A DNA stretch of 24,000 bases from Candidatus Heimdallarchaeota archaeon. Lineage in GTDB: Archaea > Asgardarchaeota > Heimdallarchaeia > Heimdallarchaeales > Heimdallarchaeaceae. The stretch is taken from assembly GCA_019057375.1 (NCBI GenBank), contig DXJF01000114.1, positions 23,787 to 47,786 of the forward strand, written 5' to 3'. Shown piece after piece: positions 14,916 through 22,222 of the stretch. The notes under the pieces are model-generated. The model ran no database searches. It was not told the origin of the DNA and saw nothing but the letters and a program-made list of their open reading frames with translations. The position numbers and the translations under genes are program-made. Numbering within the stretch: the first letter of the stretch is position 1; the number at the start of each line of letters is the position of its first letter.

Positions 14916-16808
14916 ATGTCTCCCTCGTCAAAGGGAGTGATGAGAAGTTATCAGGTGGTGCTCAAGTGTATAGACCAATCCCAAAGAGAAGAGATTAACC
15001 AGAGAATAAAAACATTAGAAGAACAACAAAATCAGCTACTCACCCCTCAAGTTGTCAAGCAAGCAGTAGAACTCTATAGAACCAATCCCAAAGAAGGATT
15101 TTTCACACGCCAACTCTGCAAAAAAGTAGGGAAAAGTCCAAATATTGCAGAAAGTGCTTTCCACTGGTTATACATAGCTATCAAAGGAAAGATAGATAAG
15201 GAGAAGAAAGTGGAAGGGTTATTGAGCTTTCTTTTGAAAAATCCTCAACAGCTGATAGAATGGCTGATTTTTGGTCGTTCCCCTTATACTGAGCGAAGTT
15301 TAGAAAACTATTGGAGACTAAAAAGAAAATATATCATTAACCTCCTCACCAGTACTAGATCCAAAACTGATTCCTATTGGAGAAAAAAACACAAACACAA
15401 CTATTTTGCTGACTTCCTACAATTCAACGACTCCCTTCCTTTTACGTCACAAACTGATATCCTCCAAGCTCTTGATGATGCGCTGTTTTACTACAATCAT
15501 GAATTTTCTCTCATCCCACAGCTTACCAAAAATCAGAAAGCATTTCTGAAAAAACTCCAACTCTTAAAGAAGGAACAAAAAACTGTAGTACCTTTTCTCA
15601 CTTCATGGATCAAAGGTCCTCAAACTTCTCGATGGAAAAGTCTCAAAACTCTCTCCGAACAACTAGCTTCAATTATAGGCAAACCTTCTCGAAAACTCTT
15701 TTCAGTAGTTAGACTGATAATTGTTTTCACACTCTTTGATCATTACATGCAGAGTGTCCCTCAGTTAGTTAAGGCTCTCCCTATTGCTAATGTTGTTCCC
15801 CTACCATTTAAACGAAAAAAGAAAGGAAGATTACCAATCAAATTGCTAATGAAGAAAAACTATGTTATCACCCGTCAAGGGAATGCTCAAGAATTGACTG
15901 ATCAGGTAAAAAAACAAGGATGGACGGAATTTTGTTTTCCGCAAAAGGGAAAACAGCGACTAACAGCTCAAGTTCACTTTCCTAAAAAAGTAATAGGGTA
16001 TATTGGAAATGGTGCACACTTCAAAGTCTTCCAAGTAAGTAGTGGACAAGCTCCTAGTTTCAAACCTAGGGTGGATGTGGTACTCGAAGGAGCTCATGCT
16101 TGCTTCCATTCATCCAAACTTCTTCACCGTTATCTTGCTAATGTTTCTGCAAAGAAAGCTTCTATTCTTGGAGTAGATATTAACCGCTTAGGACAGTATA
16201 TGGTCGTGTTTAACACCCCTATCCCTCTGCCTCCAGATTTACTAAACTTAGCAGCACACTATAAACATCTCAGCACAAAAGTTCTGGATGAGTTGAACAC
16301 AGGTTTTCTCCGTAAAAGAAAAGAGTATGATTCCCACGGGTGTTGTAAACTTAAAGGTGAACTTGACCGTGTTTATACTCGTCGCAGCCGCATCCTTCGC
16401 GAAATCACTTATCTCCTCCCCCACTTTCTTGCTGCAGTAATGGTGAAAAAGAAGTGTAAAGTGTTAAAGATTGAACGTTTAACTGTTGATCCTACCGGCA
16501 CCAGAGGAGCTTTAGCTAAAGCTATTTACACCATGCCCGATAGTTTGTTCATTTACAAAAAAGCAGTGTGGTTAGCTTCTTTGGAGTTAGGGTATGATGT
16601 GCAGTTAGAAGCAGTTCACCCATATCATACCAGCACCATTCATTACGGATGTGGAGGTCTTCTTACTCGTCAAAAAGGTCAGTATGATGTTGCTCCTTGT
16701 AAAAAGTGTGGTCAAAAGGTCCCTACTCATGCTAATGCTGCCAAAAATATTGCTTCCCTTCAAGGTATCTTTCTTCCTCCCGATTCCTTCCCCTCAACGC
16801 ACGTGTAG
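14916..16808 (+). CDS. tnpB: TnpB/Cas12-like RNA-guided nuclease homolog (RuvC plus Zn finger) with an enlarged N-terminal half
   Basis: RuvC-I ILGVDINRLG (D at nt 16176-16178). RuvC-II KVLKIERLTV (E at 16473-16475). Zn finger HYGCGG...CKKCG. RuvC-III-like THANAAKNIA, where the expected Asp is His (CAT at 16728-16730). The N-terminal MRSYQVVLKC resembles the first TnpB WED strand. The ORF-track start is TTG 14856; ATG 14916 (or 14940) is preferred. Confidence 0.85.
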   Translation: MSPSSKGVMRSYQVVLKCIDQSQREEINQRIKTLEEQQNQLLTPQVVKQAVELYRTNPKEGFFTRQLCKKVGKSPNIAESAFHWLYIAIKGKIDKEKKVEGLLSFLLKNPQQLIEWLIFGRSPYTERSLENYWRLKRKYIINLLTSTRSKTDSYWRKKHKHNYFADFLQFNDSLPFTSQTDILQALDDALFYYNHEFSLIPQLTKNQKAFLKKLQLLKKEQKTVVPFLTSWIKGPQTSRWKSLKTLSEQLASIIGKPSRKLFSVVRLIIVFTLFDHYMQSVPQLVKALPIANVVPLPFKRKKKGRLPIKLLMKKNYVITRQGNAQELTDQVKKQGWTEFCFPQKGKQRLTAQVHFPKKVIGYIGNGAHFKVFQVSSGQAPSFKPRVDVVLEGAHACFHSSKLLHRYLANVSAKKASILGVDINRLGQYMVVFNTPIPLPPDLLNLAAHYKHLSTKVLDELNTGFLRKRKEYDSHGCCKLKGELDRVYTRRSRILREITYLLPHFLAAVMVKKKCKVLKIERLTVDPTGTRGALAKAIYTMPDSLFIYKKAVWLASLELGYDVQLEAVHPYHTSTIHYGCGGLLTRQKGQYDVAPCKKCGQKVPTHANAAKNIASLQGIFLPPDSFPSTHV

Positions 16809-16892
16809 GGGACCCATTCAAACGACGGTTAAATAGCCTCTGCAAGTTTAACCAAGTTTCATAACGTGCGCCGACTTCCTCCACGTCAAGGA
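16798..16892 (+). ncRNA. Candidate omega-RNA (reRNA) 3' scaffold plus guide. Only the 3' part is delimited; the true 5' end probably lies inside the tnpB ORF
   Basis: Nested inverted repeats: cgcacgt 16798-16804 pairs with acgtgcg 16864-16870, enclosing ggttaaa 16827-16833 paired with tttaacc 16847-16853. The structure spans the tnpB stop codon and ends 0-2 nt from the tRNA break. This is the expected location and geometry for a TnpB guide RNA. Confidence 0.35.
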
Positions 16893-16922
16893 GGTATCAT
16901 AGCCAGGCTAGATCACTGCCCC
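16869..16922 (-). pseudogene. 5' portion (nt 1-52) of an intronless tRNA-Val(GAC), truncated in the T stem
   Basis: The reverse complement reads GGGGCAG-TG-ATCTAGCCTGGCTATGATA-CCTCC-TTGACGT-GGAGG-AAGTC-GGCG and then diverges (CACGTTATG...). Over positions 1-48 it differs from the intact copy only by one D-loop base, position 37 and the intron. GGCG is complementary to the CCGCC of the fragment at 12513-12535. Confidence 0.8.
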
Positions 16923-16956
16923 CTTTTATTGATAGGTCTTTCTTCGTTCTCTTCTT

Positions 16957-16984
16957 TCTTGTTTTCTTTAAATATTTTTTGTTA
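16957..16984 (-). promoter_or_regulatory. Putative promoter block of the disrupted tRNA-Val (paralog of 14691-14718)
   Basis: tcttgttttctttaaatattttttgtta lies at the same distance (about 35-62 nt) from the tRNA 5' end as the block upstream of the intact gene. Confidence 0.35.
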
Positions 16985-17271
16985 CAAATCTATGTTTCAC
17001 CAATATTTGATATTTCTCTCTTTTTGGTTCATTAAAATCTTCTTTTTTTTCATTCTAATTATTAATTTGGTTTCTTCTAATTTGCTCGTTTTCTTTAATA
17101 TTTCCCCCTTAAGATACCATTTTGTCAAACTTTCGTTTTTTTCCGACTCAAAATCATATTCCAATCCTTGTTTCTTTTTTCAATATCACTAGGTAACATT
17201 TATAAAAACTTCAGCAGACAATCTATCAAAGGAATAGTGTTAAACTATTCTGTCCACTCGAGTGATTTATT

Positions 17272-19887
17272 ATGGATAAAAGTGTAGCAATGTCTTTAAA
17301 AATCGTTGGTTTTCTCCTTATTCTTACTTCTGCCTGGGTACCTATATATACAATTACATTTGATTCTACAACAACTGAACCTGAACCAATTATTCTTGTT
17401 GGTTCTCAGAGCATTACTGGAGTCCTTCATAATGTATATTACGAAAATAATCTAGCATTTGTAGTAGATTCAGATACAGGGTTAAATATTGTAAATGTAA
17501 CTGATGCAACAACACCTGAGATTATTGGGACATACAATATTGCAAATGGGGCCAATGGTATATTCGTGAAGGATAACTATGCTTACATTGCAGATACGGT
17601 CACAGGATTACAGATTGTTAATATTACTGACCCTACTTCACCAACACAAGTTGGTACATATAGTATTACAGGAGGGGCCACTGATGTATTTGTATCAGGA
17701 AATTATACTTACATTGTAGATTCAACAATAGGGTTTCAAATACTAAATATTAGTGACCCAACAACACCAACACAAGAGGGTGTATTTAGTATTTCAGGGG
17801 AAATAAACAGTTTAATTGTAAAAGATGAATTCGCATATATTGTAGATTCAGTAACTGGTTTACGTATTCTAAATATTACTGACGCAACTTTACCAAGCTT
17901 GGTTGCAACCTTCGATGTAAACGAACCAGTATATGATGTAGCTGTTTTAGGAAGTTATGCTTACATTGTTGGTGAAAATATTGGCATACAAGTAGTAAAT
18001 ATAAGTAATCCTCAATCTCCCGTTCTCACTAGTTCTTATTATATTGAAGGAAATGTCAATGGAATACATATTGAAAATGAACATGCATATATTGTTGATT
18101 CGACTGTTGGAATACAAATTGTTTCAATTATAAATCCAGAAGAATTAACTATTGTAGGCTCACAGGAAATTACAGGAGAGATATATGGAATATTCGTAAA
18201 AGATGGATATGCATATGTTGTAGGATCAGATCTAGAAATCTTTATAGTAAGACCCAGATCTGAGTATGATTCATCAGGTACACTAGTACGAATCTTCGGT
18301 TTCAAAATCGATTATAAAATGTTAACTTACAGTAGTGCAAACAACCTCGCTCAAGAACGATTCTTGGAAGCAGAAACACCCAGTAGTGTTGTTATTCTTG
18401 CTGCAGCTTTGTGGTTTATACTAATCTTTGCTACAGCTGCTGTTGTTTTGGGTCAGGTTTTTCAAAGTGGTGGTTTCAAATCGAGGGGCACTATTGCAGA
18501 TATTGCTGCAGGAATTCTTTTACTTTTGGCTCTGGTAGTTGCTATTTTATCAATGAGCAGATCAATGATTATAGCAGCAGAAAGATACCAAGCTTTAGTA
18601 ACGGGACAAACTGCAGCCTCAACGGTGCCTCTTACGTTTAACCCGAATGATTCTACACCAGCTTACTTTGACATTGGTTTAACAGGTTCAGTTGGACCAG
18701 GATTCTACATATTCACCATTGGAATATTAATGATGGTAACTGGTATCTTTCTACCAGTCAATTGGCAACAACCAACCAGCTCCAAAATGTCAAGAAGAAT
18801 TGGTGATACTGGTGTTCTTAGATGGGTTAAAAACATAGCATCATTAAGATTAACTACTTATGTTACTAGAAGATTATTAACACTTATTCCTCTCTTCATT
18901 GCAATATGTGTGATGACATTTGTAATGGTAAACGGAATGGGTGACCCAGTTGCATTATTGCTACTTGGAAAACAAAGAGTAACGGAACAAGATAGGATAA
19001 ATCTTACTAAAAAACTTGGTCTAGATCAGCCCATTTATATTCAATTCGTTACTTGGTTCTATAACCTTATACGAGGGGACATGGGTATAAGTTTCCAATC
19101 AGGTCAATCAATTAATAATATGATTGGTGGATTAATTTGGGAAACTTTAAAGCTTCAGTTAGCATCATTTGTGCTAGCTTTGCTTATTTCGATACCTTTG
19201 GGTGTTTTAGCAGCAAAGAATCAAAATACTTGGATTGACTCAGCTGCAAGTTCTTTCGCACTCTTAGGTCTCTCAATGCCAATTTTTGTGTTTGGTTTAT
19301 TAATGATTTATATATTCAGCGGATATGGTTTAGGATGGTTCCCAGCTGCAAAAGCTCACCGAATACCAGCGCCCACGCCTGTGTTTAGTCAGACGAACTG
19401 GCAATTATTCTGGTCAGGGCAGTGGGGAGGTGTTGGTGGATTTTGGAATAATGTAGGTGTAAGATTAGGGGATTCACTCCTTCATATGGCTTTACCAACT
19501 ATAACTTTGACATTTGCTTTCTTAGCCCTATATACTAGGTTAGTTAGGGCAACAATGCTTGAAGTTCTTAGACAAGATTATGTCTTATCTGCAAGAGCAA
19601 ATGGAATATCTGAAAGAACCATTACATGGAGACATGCATTCAGAAATGTTTTGATCCCTGTAGTAACCTATGTTGGGTTGTTTATGGCTACAGCTTTAGC
19701 TGGAGCTCCAATTACTGAAACACTCTTCACATGGCCGGGTTTAGGATTCAAATATGTAGGTGCGGTGCTTCTTTTGGACTTCCCGATGGTCTTAGGTACG
19801 ACGGCGATTCTGACTTTACTTATCTTACTAGGTAACTTGATAACAGATATTGCTTATGTTGCGGTAGATCCGCGTATAGAACTATGA
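17272..19887 (+). CDS. oppB: Fusion protein: signal/TM, 7x LVIVD-repeat beta-propeller, 3 TM helices, then an Opp/Dpp-type ABC permease (OppB/DppB family)
   Basis: Uninterrupted 871-aa ORF. Residues ~43-326 hold seven ~42-aa repeats (YAYIxDsxxGLqIvNItDPtxP). Residues ~520-871 match DppB/OppB (YVTRRLLTLIPLFIAICVMTFVMVNGMGDP, EAA-loop region LRQDYVLSARANGISERTI, C-terminal ITDIAYVAVDPRIE). Confidence 0.9.
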   Translation: MDKSVAMSLKIVGFLLILTSAWVPIYTITFDSTTTEPEPIILVGSQSITGVLHNVYYENNLAFVVDSDTGLNIVNVTDATTPEIIGTYNIANGANGIFVKDNYAYIADTVTGLQIVNITDPTSPTQVGTYSITGGATDVFVSGNYTYIVDSTIGFQILNISDPTTPTQEGVFSISGEINSLIVKDEFAYIVDSVTGLRILNITDATLPSLVATFDVNEPVYDVAVLGSYAYIVGENIGIQVVNISNPQSPVLTSSYYIEGNVNGIHIENEHAYIVDSTVGIQIVSIINPEELTIVGSQEITGEIYGIFVKDGYAYVVGSDLEIFIVRPRSEYDSSGTLVRIFGFKIDYKMLTYSSANNLAQERFLEAETPSSVVILAAALWFILIFATAAVVLGQVFQSGGFKSRGTIADIAAGILLLLALVVAILSMSRSMIIAAERYQALVTGQTAASTVPLTFNPNDSTPAYFDIGLTGSVGPGFYIFTIGILMMVTGIFLPVNWQQPTSSKMSRRIGDTGVLRWVKNIASLRLTTYVTRRLLTLIPLFIAICVMTFVMVNGMGDPVALLLLGKQRVTEQDRINLTKKLGLDQPIYIQFVTWFYNLIRGDMGISFQSGQSINNMIGGLIWETLKLQLASFVLALLISIPLGVLAAKNQNTWIDSAASSFALLGLSMPIFVFGLLMIYIFSGYGLGWFPAAKAHRIPAPTPVFSQTNWQLFWSGQWGGVGGFWNNVGVRLGDSLLHMALPTITLTFAFLALYTRLVRATMLEVLRQDYVLSARANGISERTITWRHAFRNVLIPVVTYVGLFMATALAGAPITETLFTWPGLGFKYVGAVLLLDFPMVLGTTAILTLLILLGNLITDIAYVAVDPRIEL
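17398..18249 (+). repeat. Seven tandem LVIVD-type coding repeats (~126 bp period) inside the permease fusion gene
   Basis: The repeated peptide blocks are AFVVDSDTGLNIVNVTD, AYIADTVTGLQIVNITD, TYIVDSTIGFQILNISD, AYIVDSVTGLRILNITD, AYIVGENIGIQVVNISN, AYIVDSTVGIQIVSIIN and AYVVGSDLEIFIV. Confidence 0.75.
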
Positions 19888-19904
19888 TAAACAGGTGATA
19901 TGAG

Positions 19905-21182
19905 TTGCAAAAAGCTAAGAAAACACAAAAAGGGTCTTTTTCTAAAAGACTTGATAATTACTTAGTGGAAAAAAGGTTACCAAGATCTATGTCTTGGGCT
20001 GGAGCACTCGCTGTGCTCTGGCAGCACTACTACCTTAACTATATCATACAATTCTTAGGGATTATCTTAATATTTGGAATTGGATTACCATATGGTCTTA
20101 GAGCATTCGGAGTTTCCATGAGTGTAGACGGTGTTCGACTAGGACCAATTGGATCTCCATTCGCATATCTTATCTATATAGGAATCGTAGCATTAGTATG
20201 GGTTGGTGTAAAGGTAGGTTGGAGATATTACCAGAAGGTAACTGGTAAGAAAGAAATGATTATTGCAAAAGATGGAACTCTTCGAGAAAGAAGTCCTTCT
20301 CAATGGACACTTGTTTGGAGAAGATATAAGAAAAACAAAGTTGCAGTCTTATCTGCTACTCTCGTAGTTGGAATCACAATTCTGGCAATTACTTATCCAA
20401 TCTTGATGCCCTTTAGCCCTGTAGGAACTTCCCCCCTGTTTGATGCATGGAATGGAGGTGGTTCTTTAGCTAATCCAAATCTAAAGTATCCTGGAGGAAC
20501 AGATATTCTTGGAAGAGATGAATTCTCAAGGTTACTTGCTGGTAGTGAAGTTTCCTTAACTGTAGGATTATTCTCAACTGTGATGTCTGTTCTAATAGGA
20601 GTAACATTAGGTGCCCTTGCTGGATACTATAGAGGATGGACTGAAGAAATTATTATGAGAATTACAGACATGTTTCTCGCTCTACCATTTCTTGTAATAG
20701 CAATTCTAGCAGTTTCATTCATCAGAAGAGGAAGATTAGTTTTTTTGAGACGGATACCACAATCAATAGTTATTATTATTGTACTAGGAATATTTGGTTG
20801 GGCAGGACTATGTAGGTTAGTCACAGCTAACACGAAGCAGATTTACAACTTAGATTATGTAAATGCTGCAAGAGTATTAGGAGCAAGTAATCGGAGAATC
20901 ATTTTAGTCCATATACTACCGAATATTTTAGCTCCTATCATTGTTATTGCCACAATATCCATTGCAGGAGGAATTCTCTCAGAAGCAGGATTAACCTTTT
21001 TAGGTTTAGGAAGTCCAACAACGATTTCTTGGGGACAGATGGTTAATGAAGCACAAACGGTTCTTAAAACGAACCCAGAATTAGCGCTTCTACCAGGATT
21101 CGCAATATTCTTTGTAGTACTGGCATTCAACTTGCTAGGAGACGCATTAAGAGATGCGCTAGATCCAAGATTAAGAGAGTGA
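19905..21182 (+). CDS. oppC: Opp/Dpp-type ABC permease (OppC/DppC family) with a ~130-aa N-terminal membrane extension
   Basis: TTG start preceded by AGGTGA (19893-19898). The core has QWTLVWRRYKKNKVAVLSA, the binding-protein-dependent transport signature region NYVNAARVLGASNRRIILVHILPN, and a C-terminal LGDALRDALDPRLR. Confidence 0.88.
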   Translation: MQKAKKTQKGSFSKRLDNYLVEKRLPRSMSWAGALAVLWQHYYLNYIIQFLGIILIFGIGLPYGLRAFGVSMSVDGVRLGPIGSPFAYLIYIGIVALVWVGVKVGWRYYQKVTGKKEMIIAKDGTLRERSPSQWTLVWRRYKKNKVAVLSATLVVGITILAITYPILMPFSPVGTSPLFDAWNGGGSLANPNLKYPGGTDILGRDEFSRLLAGSEVSLTVGLFSTVMSVLIGVTLGALAGYYRGWTEEIIMRITDMFLALPFLVIAILAVSFIRRGRLVFLRRIPQSIVIIIVLGIFGWAGLCRLVTANTKQIYNLDYVNAARVLGASNRRIILVHILPNILAPIIVIATISIAGGILSEAGLTFLGLGSPTTISWGQMVNEAQTVLKTNPELALLPGFAIFFVVLAFNLLGDALRDALDPRLRE

Positions 21183-21186
21183 TACA

Positions 21187-22221
21187 ATGGCACAAAATAA
21201 AAAAATACTAGACGCACGAAATATTTACACATACTTCTATACTGAGAGCGGTGTTGTTGAAGCCTTAGATGGTGTTTCCTTCGATGTTAATTATGGTGAA
21301 CCTGTAGGTATTGTTGGAGAATCAGGCTGTGGTAAAACAGTCACTGCTCACTCCACTTTACGTATCTTACCTAAAAATGGTAAAACTGTTGCTGGTGATA
21401 TAATCTACAAGGGTGTTAACCTTCTTGATTTACCTGATCTTCAAATGAGAAGGATACGTGGTAAAGAAATTGCTATGATTTTCCAAGATCCTATGACAAG
21501 CTTGAATCCAATTTTCAAAGTATCAGATCAGATGACTGAAGTTATTGCTTTGCATAGAAAATGCAATAAGAAAGAAGCTTTAGAGATTGCTATTGAAACT
21601 CTTGATCAAGTAGGAATTTCCGAAGCTGAAAAACGTATTACTGATTATCCTCACCAATTTAGTGGAGGAATGCGTCAGAGAATTCTCATAGCCAGAGCAC
21701 TTGCTCTTCAACCCAGTCTTTTGATTGCTGATGAACCTACAACTGCTTTAGATGTTACAATTCAAGCACAGGTTCTTGAAATCATCAAAGAGATGCAAAA
21801 AAAACTAGGGTTAGCTATGATGCTCATTACTCACAATCTTGGAGTTGTTGCAGAGACTACAAAGCGAGTTCATATTTTCTATGGTGGTCGTGTCGTTGAA
21901 TCTGGACCAACAGAAGAGATATTCCTTGATCCCAAACATCCATACACATATGCACTCTTTGAAAGTATTCCATCTCTGGAAAAAGACAAGACACGTCTTG
22001 AAACGATTCCTGGTAATGTACCAAGATTGATTAATCCTCCAAAGGGATGTCGTTTCCACCCGAGATGTAAATATGCAACTGAAATTTGTTCTCGTGTTCG
22101 ACCTCCTGAATTTAAGTTTGGCAAGGGTCGTCGTGTTGCTTGTCATCATTTCGAGGAACTAGATTTGCATATAGATATGGAATCTATACGTGAGAGTAAG
22201 GCTATAAAGGAGGAAGCATGA
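21187..22221 (+). CDS. oppD: Oligopeptide/dipeptide ABC transporter ATP-binding protein (OppD/DppD)
   Basis: Walker A GESGCGKT, signature FSGGMRQR, Walker B LLIADEPTTALD, and a C-terminal Opp-type Cys motif GCRFHPRCKYATEIC...VACHH. Confidence 0.93.
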   Translation: MAQNKKILDARNIYTYFYTESGVVEALDGVSFDVNYGEPVGIVGESGCGKTVTAHSTLRILPKNGKTVAGDIIYKGVNLLDLPDLQMRRIRGKEIAMIFQDPMTSLNPIFKVSDQMTEVIALHRKCNKKEALEIAIETLDQVGISEAEKRITDYPHQFSGGMRQRILIARALALQPSLLIADEPTTALDVTIQAQVLEIIKEMQKKLGLAMMLITHNLGVVAETTKRVHIFYGGRVVESGPTEEIFLDPKHPYTYALFESIPSLEKDKTRLETIPGNVPRLINPPKGCRFHPRCKYATEICSRVRPPEFKFGKGRRVACHHFEELDLHIDMESIRESKAIKEEA

Positions 22222-22222
22222 A

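Larger units (their letters stand above)
12536..16868 (+). mobile_element. Putative ~4.3 kb insertion in tRNA-Val. It resembles a TnpB-only IS200/IS605-like element carrying cargo (beta-helix surface protein plus a replacement tRNA-Val)
   Basis: It is bounded by the two complementary halves of one tRNA-Val gene (12513-12535 and 16869-16922). No target-site duplication is visible. The TnpB-like gene points toward the right end, and a structured 3' flank ends at the break. No TnpA or integrase is present in the window. Confidence 0.45.

Noticed and set aside
12513-16922. Alternative explanations of the tRNA fragments: integrase-type attL/attR, or a functional Nanoarchaeum-style split tRNA
   Set aside because: No integrase gene is present, and the junction does not rebuild a tRNA, because the 5' fragment runs straight into the tnpB flank. 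The repeats are not the 3' parts expected for att sites. A functional split tRNA would need a promoter and complementary leader for the 3' half, and neither is seen. An intact isoacceptor is also present. A more complex multi-step history cannot be excluded.
16866-17192. 108-aa ORF downstream of tnpB
   Set aside because: It starts inside the tRNA-Val fragment and runs through a pyrimidine-rich tract. The translation is F/L/S/I low-complexity, so it is more likely non-coding spacer and promoter DNA.
14658-17271. Search for a CRISPR array or other short direct-repeat array next to the Cas12/TnpB-like gene
   Set aside because: No repeat-spacer periodicity was seen in either flank. The only repeats are the tRNA/promoter paralogs.
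16924-17271. About 350 bp strongly pyrimidine-rich (T/C) on the plus strand between the tRNA fragment and the opp operon
   Set aside because: It is a composition-only signal with no internal repeat unit or conserved structure that I could define. It probably contains the orphan tRNA promoter and the opp promoter. It is not reported as a feature.
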